This document shows positions 1 to 12,777 of a stretch of DNA of 64,000 nt, piece after piece. A program made the position numbers and the translations under genes. Below the pieces are notes generated by a model that did no database searches, had not been told where the DNA came from, and was given only the letters and a program-made list of their open reading frames with translations. The stretch comes from Lama glama (Eukaryota): NCBI GenBank assembly GCA_028534125.1, contig CM052817.1:58406001-58470000 (forward strand), given 5' to 3'. The number at the start of each line of letters is the position of its first letter. The stretch's first letter is position 1.

Positions 1-1294
1 TTTTTGGGCCCCTCACTGTGAAAGCCAGGAACTAATGTAAAGGCTAATTCTCAATGATTAATTAGGAATATGTTTGCTTCCACAGAAAACCTACTTTTAA
101 AATATAATTTCCCTTTTTTTAAAGCAGACATTTGACAACTCATGGAGAAAAAAGCCAATTTTATTTTATGTAGATTTAAGGTAACTTTCTTCAGCGTAAA
201 CATAGATACAACCCTGAAAATAAAGAGTGGAAGAATGTGAGAGACAATATAATGTGTCTATATAGAAACAAATGAGGTGCTTATATGTTAATTTATGTGT
301 GAATTTGGTTTCATTTTGTACTGTTGATGTTTAATACAATTAATTGATTATTAAACTTTGGATTGGGTCACTGACCAGGAAAATAATTTTTAAGATTTAT
401 GCAAAATATGTTACAGTGGAGGACACTGAACTTGTCTTTCAAAAAAGCAGTCGTAGTGGGAAATGGAAGGAACAAGGTTTTCTAGGAGCTAACTGATAAT
501 AATTAGTAAAGGAGGGATAAAATTTGATCCAGCTATCTATCTAATCAATCTGTGCCTTGTCTATACCTTATAGACCTATACCTTATAACTGTTATTCAAC
601 AATCTTTTTTATTACAATTAAAGTTTTCTAGATTTTTTTACTTTAGTTAAACCTCACACTATTTTTTTTTAAACCTAGATGAACCTCACTGTGCTATTTT
701 GCACATTTTGCTTTCTTCCCTTTACATTTTGAATCATTTAGACTTTTTCTCTACATAGGAAATCTCTAAATTTTCTCTGTGATGTATCCTTGGGCCTCCT
801 CTCCTTCAAGGAGCATATGCTAAATATTTCCTTACATTCTCCTATTGAAAACCATCCATTCTGAGCCTCAGAATGTTGTGAGACTTCTAGGGGATGGTGA
901 TGGGCCATTGTTGTCAGTTTTTTCTTGACTGTTTCATTCACAGTGTTCCACCACAGTATCAGATGTAATGGAGACAGCTTTGTACTTTCCTTCCTGGTAA
1001 CTGGGCGATCTAGCCTAACTATAATTCATATTATTACATTTTTAAAACATAGACCTGATTTTAACATAATTAAACACTTATGCTCATTGTCTATAGAAAT
1101 AACTTTATCTTAGCAGTTGATTGTCTTCTGTCAAATACCGTAACTAATTTCAAAGTACATAGTGTCTTGAAGCTTACTAAACAACCTTGTTAAAACATTA
1201 GCATATACTGATTTAATGTATTGCTTTTTTAAAAAGTTTGCATTTTTAAATATTCTGTTATAAGTATGTTGCATATACATATACGTGGGTGGTG

Positions 1295-1300
<6 letters not shown>

Positions 1301-1354
<54 letters not shown>
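1301..1354. repeat. (TA)27 microsatellite
   Basis: Uninterrupted TA run read directly from the sequence. Confidence 0.97.
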
Positions 1355-1357
<3 letters not shown>

Positions 1358-2740
1358 TGTGCGTATATGTATTTCATAAATTCAAAGGATTAAGCCTTTG
1401 CTAGGAATTCCAATTGTAGAAGAGTTTGGGAGTTATATATTTTGCCGCTACATGTTTGCACATATGCATGTGCATGAGTGTATCAGTGCATATCTGTGTG
1501 TGAAAAGAGATGTAATAGTGATATACTCTTGTCACAACATAAAGCAGCTCATTATTTCCTCTAACATCTAAACAAAAGGCTACCCTTTACTCCACATTGC
1601 CTTCCTAGAAGATTTAGATATATGAAGGGCAGAAATTCTTTTGTTAATTAATATTCCAGAAGAACTTAAGTCTTTATAGCACCAAGGTGGAGGAATAAGC
1701 ACCAAATAAAAACAAGAAGAATGTATTAGTATATATCCTTTAAAAAGAACTGAAGTTTGCCAAGACATTCACCAGCTACAAGTCAGACATAAGAAAGCTC
1801 TACTGAGTAAAGCCAGAGATTGAATTATCTTTTCCCCTAACTACAACTGCAAGCTTTAAAAAAAAACATAATTATCATAACTATGTATAACTTGATTTGC
1901 CTCAAGCCAAACACCTTCTTTAACCTGAAAGAGTAAACCTTCGTTTAAGAACAATTTTAGTGATTAACCTTTTATTTATAGTGCCTCTTCCTGGCCACTG
2001 ATTTCTTAATGATTGTACCTGAGCATTATTACCATGGTTACTTTCTGATTGTTTTTCTCCTGTATTAGTTCCAGTTCTATCCTAAATTATAACAGGACGC
2101 TGGCTGGAGATGTAATGGGGGCAGTTATGATACCTTTATTACTGATACAGGGTGGGCTAGCCTAGCACTGATTACCATACTTGAATATTCAAAACATTTG
2201 CTTTGTAGAACTAAGTGTTAATGTTATGACTATTAAGGTGTACACTGAGTAGAGAAACAATTTTATCTTAGCAATTTTCTTACCGTCTCAAAAATGGTAA
2301 CTAAATTTTCATGGGACATAGAGATTAAATCTGTATCTAAAGGCAATTAATGCCCTGCATCTGTAGTAATGTCAGATTTACATGGTTTATTAATCTCACA
2401 GTATGCTGGAATTTAAACATTTCTCCTTTAGATGTGCTCATTCACATTGGAACATAATATGTGATGTTGAAGGAGTTCTTAAAGGACATATGCAGGCAGA
2501 AATAAATGAAATGGAATAAATATATCCTAGAATACACAGCAAAATATTCCATTACCAATAGTATCATACATTTTACAACTTTATGCTTACTCTATTCTTT
2601 AAGGTATTTATTTCCTTATTACCTGAAATGAGATTGAGATCAATAAAAATATTAAATGGTCTCTAAATAGTGAAAGTATATGAAAGTATTTTTGTATTAT
2701 AGGGTACATTTTTAATCAATTTATTTAAACTAAAAAAAAA

Positions 2741-3918
2741 TTATCCATTTCTCTCACCCAACCCCAGTAATCTATTCTCTGTATCTATGAACTTTTTTTT
2801 TCAGATTCTACACATAAAAGGGATAATGTTTTGTCTTTTTCTGTCCAACTTGTTTCACTTAGCATAATGTCTTGGTGGCCCATCCATGTTGTCACAAATT
2901 ATAAAATTTAATCTTTTTTATGGCTGAATGATATTCTGTTGTGTGTGTGTGTGTGTGTGTACTGTATTTTCTTATTGATTCATCCATTGATGGATACTTC
3001 GGTAGTTTTCATATCTTGGTTATTGTAAATAATGGTGCAATGAAAATGTGAGTGCGTATATCTGTTTGAGTTAGTGTTTTCATTTTCTTTGGATAAATAC
3101 CTAGAAGTGGAATTGCTGGATCATATGGTAGTTCTAGTTTTAATTTTTTGAGGAAACTCCATACTGTTTCCCATAGGGACTGCACCAATTTCCTTTCCCA
3201 CCAACAGTGTATGAGGGTTCCCTTTTCTCCACTTCCTTACCAGCATTTGTTATTTCTTGTCTTTTTGATAGTAGCCATTCTAACAGGTATGAGGTGATAG
3301 CTCATTCTGGTTTTGATTTGCATTTGTCTGACGATTAATGATATTGAGCATCTTTTCATATGTTTGTTGACCATCTGTAGGTATTCTTTGAAAAAAAAGT
3401 CTATTCAGATCTGCCAATTTTTAATCAGATTGTTTGCTTTTTTGATGTTGAGACGTATGAGTTTATTATATATTTTGTAGATTAGCTCTTGATTATATAT
3501 AAGATTTTCAAATATTTTCTTACATTCAGTAGATTGTCTTTTCATTTTGTTGATGGTTTCCTTTTCTATTCAGGAGCTTTTTAGCTTGATGTAGTCTGAC
3601 TTGTTTATTTTTGCTTTTATTGCTTTTGTTTTTGGTGTCAGATTTTAAAAATTCATCACCAAGACCTATGTCAAGGAGCTTATAGCCTATATTTTCTTCT
3701 AGGAATTTTATGATTTCAGGTCTTACATTTAAGTCTAATTAGTTTTGATTCAAGTTTTATGTATGGTAAATTAATTAATCATATGTGTGTAGTTTTATTT
3801 CTGGGATCTTTATTCTGTTTTATTGATCCGTGTATCTGTTTTAATGCCAATATCATACTGTGCTAATTACTGTAGTACAAAACTGTAGTAATATAGTTTA
3901 AAATCAGGAAGTATGATG
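2741..3918 (-). mobile_element. LINE-1 3' fragment (ORF2 C-terminal part plus 3' UTR), old and 5'-truncated, with an internal (GT)n at ~2939-2960
   Basis: Typical antisense L1 motifs: 'ggataaatacctagaagtggaattgctggatcatatggtagttct', 'tcccaccaacagtgtatgagggttcccttttctccac', 'gccattctaacaggtatgaggtgatagctcatt'. An internal deletion appears near 3770. Confidence 0.92.
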
Positions 3919-4499
3919 TGAAATGGAGTTTTTTAAAAGAAATTTTTGAGATTTAATAATTAACATTACTCTCTTCTGAGTCACCCTCACATAAACTAAT
4001 AATAGAGTACCAACTACCAATTTTTATTTAGTCTTTTTTTTAAAAACTTTTGAACATGCATTTCACCTGGCATAATCACACATTAGATGGAATAATAAGA
4101 AACTATAACAAGGCAAGTCCTAAACTTGAATGGTGTCTTTTCCAGCTTTTCCAAACACTCTTTCTATTGTCATCACATGTTTTCTTATGCCTTCCTTTAG
4201 TTCGTGGAACACATGCATTCCAACAATGAGGAAAAGATGATTTGGGGAAGTGGAAAATATGAAAAGCCTGTGCTGTGTTGCTGTCATGAGCTGCGTTAAA
4301 CACCTGCTCTCTGGCAATATACCATAGCTGGAATAATAATGGAAGTTGTAGCAATATCTTCCAGAATTCCCAGAGCCAGCAAGGCCAGAGCTGACATATA
4401 GTTGGCAAGAAGAGCCACTGGGCCTTGATGGTGCTGAGGGAGAGTAGACAATGAGTCATGGCCACCTCAGCAGCAGGTGCTGGTGCAGACCATCAGTGT

Positions 4500-5640
4500 C
4501 CAGATGAACAAGGGGAAATGATGCAGGGAGAGAAGGCTGGGAACCACTGAGGTTTGAGGACCAAATCCAAATCTATACAGTATGAAGAGATCAAAGAGAT
4601 GAGGACAAAACTGCAAAGAGACTGGGAAGGAGTATCCAATGAGGGAGAAGAAAAACCAAGAGGGTGATGTCCTAAAATGAAGCAGGAAAATGTTCCTAGC
4701 ATGAGAGAGCACAGGCATACCTTAGGGATTTTGCAGGTTCAATTCCAGACCACAGCAATAAAGCAAATATTGCAATAAACTGGGTCACACAAATATTGTG
4801 GTTTCCCAGTGCATCTAAAAGTTCTGTTTACACTATACTGTTACAACTATACTATACTCTGTTAAGGTTACAGTAGCATTATGTCTTTTTTTTTAAAAGT
4901 GTGTACATCTTAATTAAAGAATACTTAATTACTAAAAAATGCTAGCTGTCAACTAAAAACATTGGTAGGGTTGTCATGAACCTTCAATTTGTTAAAAAAA
5001 TGCAGAATCTGGGAAGTGCAATAAAGCAAAACAATAAAGTGACGTATGCCTGTAATCAGCTGTGTCAAATGTTGCTGAGAGGTAGAGGGAGATGATGGAA
5101 GTCATCAGTAACTTTAACAAGAGCATTTTCAGCAGTCTGGCGAAGACTAAAGCACTACTTGAGAAGGTTTAGAGAGAATGGACCAAGAGGAATTGGAGTT
5201 TGTGAGTTTAAGAAATTCAACCAGTTTTCTTGTAAAGCAGAAGAGAAAAATAGGGCAGTAGCTTGAGGGAGAATTGAGGTAAAATGATTTTTCTTAAAGA
5301 TGGGAGATTAAAGCAGCATGTTGGTTTGCTGCTTCAAGTAATAACAGGAAAGGAGAAAAAGTGATGATATGGGAGAGAAAGAAAGTAATTGCTGAGAGAG
5401 TTCTTTGACCAGTTTAATGAGGAGGAAGTCCGGTTCACTGACGGAGGGGATGGTCTAACATGAAACAGCCCGCACTTTATCCTTAAGACAAAGGGGAAAG
5501 CAAATCAGTGGGAATGTATACTCATAGTCTCACAGTGTAAATATCGGTGGAAGTTTGTTGTTGTTTGCGTATTCTGTTTTCTCAGTGAGATAGGAGGCAA
5601 GATCATTCGCTGAGAGTGAGGATGAGCAAGAAAGCATTGC
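4500..5640 (-). mobile_element. L2 LINE fragment interrupted by a Tigger1-derived MITE
   Basis: Purine-rich L2-like text on both sides of the MITE ('gcaaagagactgggaaggag...gaaaaaccaagagggtgatgtcc' and 'cagctgtgtcaaatgttgctgagagg'). Boundaries approximate. Confidence 0.65.
4712..5052 (-). mobile_element. Tigger1-derived non-autonomous DNA transposon (internal-deletion derivative, ~340 bp)
   Basis: Terminal inverted repeats CAGGCATACC...CGTATGCCTG. TA follows on the right (CA on the left, a decayed TA TSD). Both Tigger1 end regions are recognisable. Confidence 0.88.
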
Positions 5641-5919
5641 AGGTTTGAGAAAAAAAGGAAATAAATGTGGTCATCTTTCAGTATTCTCTTTCTTACGGTG
5701 TTCTTCCCTAAAATCGATCTGCCTGAGAGAGAGCTGCTGTTGGGGCTGTTCTGTCTCACCTCTCCCTCCACGGTCCCTCCTACATGTCTTTCACACCCTC
5801 TGGATCCCTGATGGGGCATCTCCCCAGGTGACTTAAAACAGAAAGACAAATTTAAAATATTACCATTTGAGCTTTAAAAGCAAATGACTCTAACATTTAA
5901 ATAACAAGACCTTTTGTAA

Positions 5920-6586
5920 ATCTAATGGTTCCCAAATTATTTGGTTTTATAAAATTGAAGAAGGACCTAATCAATGTAACAACTGTTAGATAGTCATTTG
6001 ATTTGATGATATGTCGTTATATAATTTTTGGCATTCTAGGAGCTCAATAAACTGACAGTCATTCCTATAACAAATCTCCTTCCAGTCCCATCTACTTATT
6101 TATTCTTATATCTTTAAAAAAGATAATGAGGAATAGAAATTACATTGAACTCAGGCTAATTTTAACAATAATATCAATCCATTGATACATATACTAATCA
6201 GGAAAACAAAATCAGAAAAAGAAAACTAAAAATGCCTTTATATTTTATACCATGATATTGTCCAATAAAATGATACATTTATACCTCATAATTACTAATC
6301 CAGATTTAGAATATATTTATCTATTTTGATTAAATGTAAACTAGTAATTGTAGCCAATGTAGCCAAAAATAATAATTAAATCTTTATGATCGCAAAAATA
6401 ATTTGTATACATAAAGTATGTTTGGTTCAGGCAAGTAACACATATTTACTATTTATTAGAAATCGTATAATTTGGAACTATTTTAATTTAAAAAAATATT
6501 AAATTTTATTTTAGAAAATGGAAAGTCTAGCATTCTTCAAAACTTTTTTAAAAGGGTCACAAGCAAAAGAGTTTGTAGGTAACTGT
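5920..6586. mobile_element. Possible old hAT-Charlie DNA transposon remnant
   Basis: Ends resemble decayed Charlie termini ('taatggttcccaaatt' ... 'aaaagagtttgtaggtaactg') around an AT-rich interior. Confidence 0.35.
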
Positions 6587-7754
6587 TGGAGGGTGGCAAA
6601 GTGCATGCACTAGAGAAGTAAAGTTGACAGGCAAAACAAAAATCTGTTTAAGATTAGAGAGCATGAATGTGAAGCAGGCTCATTCGACATGGTTTTGTGT
6701 TTTTCTCTTGTTATGTTCAGTTACATAGATGCCAACGTGGAGTAGAAGTAGCACTGTATTTTGCCAGTGGGGATTTGGCCAGAGGAATTGAGGATGTGTG
6801 CAGTGAAATGATTTGACGATGAACCATGGGATTTATGGAGGGTCAGGAGGCAGGGGAGGAATACTGCCATAGCTGATTTTGTCAGTCAAGGTAGCTCTCT
6901 GCAGGGTAGAAAAAATGTTGCAATCTGTGTGCTGACAGATAAAGAGTGAAGTTTGGAAAGTCTGAAATTGCAATGTTGGATGAGTTGCAGTTATTACTGA
7001 AGGACGAGGTTCTTAGATGACGTTTTCTAGTGAAACTTTATATTATGTTTTCAGTGATTAAAGATCAATTTGATAAAGGCATGCCTTTGATTTTTGTTAT
7101 ATTTTAGATGGAATTAATCACATGTTATTTTCAAGAGTATTTCATAACTATAGATTACAGATATAGAATAAGATACAATTCAGTTAACATTTTAATGGAT
7201 TATAGCTAGAGAATGATATGAGGATATATTTCAGAAGCGTTTTAAACCTTTGTAATCATATATATGTTTATATACACATAAATATATGATTATACATTAT
7301 AGTTATGTGAATATATAATTCTTGGTTAATTTCTGCAATTATAAATGTATCTGTAGAAGAAAAGAAGCAAATGAAAAGTATAAAAATTTTTTAACATTCA
7401 GTTTTATGCAATGATAGTTAAAACCCTGGTTGATTATAGTATTTGGTGACACCATAGTTAGATTTTCTACCTCATACATATTGTCTTACTTGGCTTGTGA
7501 TGGCCCACAAGTTTTACACACTGCATATAATGAATTATTAAGGTTTTCTTCATAATTTAAATATTTTCAGGGCTCTATATTCCTTTATTTTGTGTATAAT
7601 CATACCACTACTAGTTTAGTGATGGTCTACTGATGATGAAATTATTTTTATAGATACCTTTCTTCTCTCACTCAACTGAGAACTCTTCTTAGACTTATAA
7701 TTTTCATTGTGTCTCCTTTTGTCTTCTGTAATGTTTTCACAATATAATGGTATT

Positions 7755-7985
7755 AAAAATTATAATACTTATACAGTACTTATCAATTCCAGGCCCACAA
7801 ATCTAAGCACTTTACAGATATTGGCTTACTCAAGTCTTAACACTTAACAAGTGTATGTGATAGGTTCTGTTATTATTATTATGTTGTTATAAAAACCTGA
7901 GATCAGGGAGGGTGAGCAACTTGGTTAAGATCACAAAATAGAGCAGAATTAAAAGCCCAGAGACTTCAGAAATCATGCCTCTGTA
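7755..7985 (-). mobile_element. MIR SINE
   Basis: 'ctaagcactttacagatatt...aaaacctgagatcagggagggtgagcaacttggttaagatcaca' resembles the reverse-complement MIR core. Confidence 0.7.
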
Positions 7986-8054
7986 AGGTACATACCTAAT
8001 AAATAGTTTGTACTGGACAGTAGCAAGAGAAGGAACACTTACTAAATTGCTCCT

Positions 8055-8400
8055 ATCTCTCAATAAATATTTAACAACTGCCTGCCATACCAAGCACTCT
8101 CTTTACCAGTTAATAAAAGTGAAATGGCTCCTCCCTTCATGGGGCCTAGAGTCAACTGATAAAGATACAAGCATAACTTGCATAATTGCAAAATTTGAAA
8201 TACCAAGAGCCAACAAGAACTATAAGATACAAAAAATATTATGAGATACTATAAAAATAGGACCTTTTCGGACTGTGTGGACAGGCCCTTTCAGAAGAAA
8301 TGATATTGAAGCTGAAACTTGAATTGTGATGAGGAGCCAGTCAGGTGATTAGTGAGGGAAGAATTCAGATAGAAGAAACAGTGTATGAGAAGGCCAGGAT
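8055..8400 (-). mobile_element. L2 3' end fragment
   Basis: 'caataaatatttaacaactgcctgccataccaagcactct', 'ctcccttcatggggcctagagtc', 'gaagctgaaacttgaa...gaggagccag'. Confidence 0.65.
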
Positions 8401-8431
8401 TCCTGAAACTAAGAAAGAGAGCACCCTTATT

Positions 8432-8880
8432 TTGTGTATAATGTGGGTCTAAACAGAAAACAGATGGCACACTAAAACTTAGAATATTTCAATGGGATTT
8501 GTTTAAAGAGACAAACTCTAAAGGTGTACACTGGATATAGAGGTCACTCAAAGAATGATGCCAGAACTTGGGGTGAGCAGTAGGGGAGCAATTACTATCC
8601 CAAGAACAAAAGTTGCTAGAACTAGGAAGGAGAGGATCATGTAGGGCAGACCTCCTTATGAGAGCAGTGACCTTCAGTCGAGGGACACAGCAAGCTAGAG
8701 CAAACCTAAAGGAAGGGAGCCAGGAAATAAATTCTGCAGTGTACTATTAAGGCTAGCTCTTCATTGCCTGCACACTATCAAAGGAAAGGGCATAGGAGCC
8801 CATTGATTAGTTCATTTAGTTCAGCCTCCCCAAGCAGAGTACAGTGAAAAAGATGGAGAGAGGGTTTGGGTATTCATTAG
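8432..8880 (-). mobile_element. Old ERVL-class solo LTR (LTR33-like)
   Basis: 'aaacagatggcacactaaaa', 'ggagcccattgattagttcatttagttcagcctcccc...gatggagagagggtttgg' resemble this family as recalled. Confidence 0.5.
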
Positions 8881-9004
8881 ACATTTTGGCAGCTAAATGA
8901 TCATGCCATGTGTTTAGAACATGCTATAGAATTGGTATTTTATTTCAGGCAAAACAGGGAGCCTTTGAAATGGGAAGCTTATGCTTTGAAATCGGGAGCA
9001 GATT

Positions 9005-9480
9005 GTTGTTAAAGGTTCTGGGATCAATTTCCAATGTTGAGGGTTGATGCAGATTTTTACACACCATCAAGCAAGGTTTTGACACTGCTTGGGTGTCCTA
9101 CAAGTCAACTCAATTGTGACACCATCTACCAAGAGAGAGCATCAGATCCCACAGGATAAGGGCTGAATCCTACAAGACTGTCCCCCCACCACCAGTTCAG
9201 ACACCTTTCACAAGTCGAGGTTTTCACCTGTGCCTCTTACCAACCACCTATAGATCCGAGGTTCCAATGACACCCTCCTTGTGTTTGATTAATTTGCTAG
9301 ATTACAGAACTCAGAGAAACATTTTACTTATGAGATTACTGGTTTATTATAAACAGATATAACTCAGAAACAGCTATATAGAAGAGTTGCTTAGGGCAAG
9401 GTATGGGAAAGGGTGTGGAACTTACATGTCCTCTCTAAATGCACCTCTCTTCTCAAATCTCTACAGGCTCATCAACCCAG
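9005..9480 (-). mobile_element. MER21-family LTR (partial)
   Basis: 'gggtgtcctacaagtcaactcaattgtgacaccatctacc...gcatcagatcccacaggataagggctgaatcctacaagactgtccccc', 'ttgattaatttgctaga...cagaactcagagaaaca'. Confidence 0.8.
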
Positions 9481-9920
9481 GCTCATCTTGCCAGAGTTTC
9501 TTTGGTGAGCTGGTTATATGGGGTGTAAAATTGAATGGGCAGAATATTCATTGGGGAAAGAGGGGTTTGGGGTCATATTTCCAGCTCCAATTTCCCCAGA
9601 GGAGCAGGGATTTTTGTCCTTATTTAGTCTTGATAGTAAGTTTCATGGCATCAGTGTATGCTTCTTATCTGCAAGGCTAATTTTATTGTAATAAGGGCAT
9701 AATGAGCAAAAAGTTACATTTGGACACCTTTCCCCACCTTTCTTTGTCTGCCTTCAGGACCCTTGCCACCTCAAGATATATGGCTTCCTGTCAGTCTGGA
9801 GGTTCCTGCTTTTCCGTGTTTGCCCAAGGACGCTTATTGTTTATAAGATGCGTGGTTTCCTGCCATTTGGCCCATGAACCTCTTTCTCTGCTTATATCTA
9901 GCTATCTACTTGTTCTAACA
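9481..9920 (-). mobile_element. ERV1-class LTR fragment (MER50-like 5' end)
   Basis: The minus strand begins TGTTAGAACAAGTAGATAGCTAGATATAAGCAG, an LTR-type TG start similar to MER50-like LTRs. Confidence 0.55.
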
Positions 9921-12169
9921 CAGGGAACCAGCAAAGGAATCCGTATGTTAGCACTAAGCTAACACTTTTATGGAATTTGTCTCACTTAGATTATAATAAT
10001 TTTATGAAACAGGTATATTATGAATGAGAATCTGAGAATCAGATCAATCAGCTTGGCTATAAGATAACTTTGGTTTTTGCCTCACTCCAAAACTAATGCT
10101 TTTTCCATGACACCTGGCAGTCTGTCATAAATGACAAATGCTTGTTAAAGTGAAGTCAATATCATTCTTAGAATAGTGATAGACTTAAGGAAAATTTGAA
10201 TGAGGGAAGTAGTTTTAAGCACCTCTGAATTTATATATTATCTTGTGATGTATAAACTAAATTATAATTAACCTTATTTTCCCTGAAGAGACGATATTTT
10301 ATCTTTTAAATGGAATTAACTCATGAAACTAAAACACATTTTAAGATAGGGTTTGCCATAGAGTTGCCATAGATTTGTTTTACTACCTAATGGGTGGAAA
10401 ATTAACTTAGTCCCCAACCTAGATTTATGAAGGGTGTTGGTACTTATTTCGAACAATTTATTCCTAATAACTGAGCATGTAATTTATTAATAGAGACTAG
10501 AGAGTAGGTGTTTGAAATGTACAGTTGAAAACATGTCGACATTTAAACCTCATCACATAAAAATATGAAACCCATTATTTTCTATTAGGATATTAACAAT
10601 AGGGTTTTAAACATCTTTGGTAATGACTACAGTTTCATAATCAGTCTATTAACATAGGGTAACTGTAAAGAACTGGAATAAATGTCCTTAATGATCAGTA
10701 AGTGCTTCCACTGAGACATCCATATATACTTGGGAGGAGGAAGTGCCTTTCAATTTGTAATAACACAGTGACTGTAAAAAGTCCTGAGTAGAAAATTATT
10801 AATGAGCATGTGGCTTTGTCTTGATTTGAGGTCTAAAAACAGAAACTGTCATTTGAATTGTAAACTTTACACAGTTGGTAGAATTCCTGGATGTTACATT
10901 TTTGTCATATGAAAATCATTTATACATTTTAATGTCATATTTATTTTGTAAGCTATTAGAGGCTAAACATTTATATAAGGGCATTTATGTTTGCCTGAAC
11001 ATTACATGACATGAGGTCAAACACACTTACATAGTAGACAATAGTTGAACTACAGAGGAAAACTTGTTCGCATTGACTGCTACATCTTTGTATTAAAGGA
11101 GGATGATCAGGAGAATTATTGTTATTTTTTAAAATATTTGTTTGGAAGCATGGATAGAATTTATACTTTAAATTTGTGGTAAAAGCATTTTTAACTACTC
11201 ATTTTTAAGTTCTTAGTAATTTTTTTTCTTGGATTGAAGTTACACTTCGGAAATAAGTTCTATGAATTTCTATTAATCTATTCTACCTTCTCTGTGTCAG
11301 CCAGTCTTCTAATTCTTGTTGACATAACTTAAAACAGATAAAAATCTTCACTTTCAAGAACCTTGCAGAAAATAAAGGATGGTAAATAGAAGCTTATAGG
11401 AAATCAAGGGTGGTATATAAAAGAAGTAAATAAGTATATTTTAAGATTGCTGTTATGTTCTAATGTTGCTGTAAAATTGTTCAAAAAAATGTAAGAATAT
11501 ATAGTTGATTAACAGTCAGTAATGTTAAACAATCTAATAATTTAGAATTTAGAATCATGTTTAGTCACGTTGACACAAGTGGAACTTGACATGTATAATG
11601 TATAATCCACAAAATAAATATTACAGAGGAAATAATAAAAACAATGAGATGTTTCCAGAGTTGTGCCAATTAATGAGATACTTTCAAAGGATGTTAATAC
11701 ATTATTGTATGAAGTTTATGAATTACAAATTTCTTATTTCTAAATAAAGTTGATTTTACTAAATAACATTGAGAAAACTAATCTAACTCCACTAAATGGT
11801 AATTACGATTTAATTTTTGTCTTTGCCTGAATCAGACTTAAAATATTGGTTTTGATAGTCAGATGTTGTTGATAGCACTTTTATCAAACCATAGCAGATG
11901 CTGAGGAGTTATAACTCTTGGACTAATACTTTGGGACCAAAAGATAATTTACATTTCATTAATGTTTAGTTATCTCAGAACATCTCTATTCCATAAATGA
12001 CAGATAGATCCAGGAAAAAGTAAAATCTTCTCAAGTCTTAAGCTATTTAAAAACTAGATTTTCTTTGACATGAAAGCTGCACGTTGTTTTGTTTACAAAT
12101 GTGTGGTGCAATGGTTATGGAATGAACTTTAAAATCCTATCCTCTTCGATATGTATTTGTGTACCAGCA

Positions 12170-12345
12170 CTTATCAGTGGGTTAAGAATCTCAAAACTTC
12201 ATTTTTCTCTCGTATGAGTTAACACTATTGCTTATGTCATAGATTTAGGTGAAATTATATGAGAATCACTGATGTTAACTTGTAATAACTGTTCTTGGCA
12301 CAAAATAAGAGTTTAATAAATGCTAGCTATTGTTGTTATTGTTTT
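12170..12345 (+). mobile_element. MIR SINE 3' part
   Basis: 'gttcttggcacaaaataagagtttaataaatgctagctattgttgttatt' matches the MIR 3' end. Confidence 0.6.
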
Positions 12346-12777
12346 ATTATTAATATCATAATTATTATAATATACAACTTTAATTATTGCATGTCATGTA
12401 TAATATAATTATGATACTTTAATTAATTGATTATAATATAATTATTATATCATAACTTATTTGAAAAAGGCTAAGAAAATAGGAATCCTTTTTCATATGG
12501 AACTTATAGAAATGAATTAGTATCAGATTATATTATAAAATAGCATAGAATCCTTTGTCACCTAAAAGGGCTTGTGGATATTAATCTCATCAGAACCTTA
12601 GTCAGTCTGTTCTCAGTTGGTTTTGCTGATTTTTTTTTTAAATTTTTTATTGATTTATAATCATTTTACAATGTTGTGTCAAATTCCAGTGTTCAGCACA
12701 ATTTTTCAGTCATTCATAGACATATACACACTCATTATCACATTTTTTTCTCTGTGATTTATCATAACATTTTGTGT

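Noticed and set aside
738..941. 67-aa minus-strand ORF
   Set aside because: Non-ATG start and no recognisable homology; the frame is not supported by the duplicated copy at ~2020-2340.
4103..4465. 120-aa minus-strand ORF
   Set aside because: No recognisable domain; composition is typical of chance ORFs in non-coding DNA.
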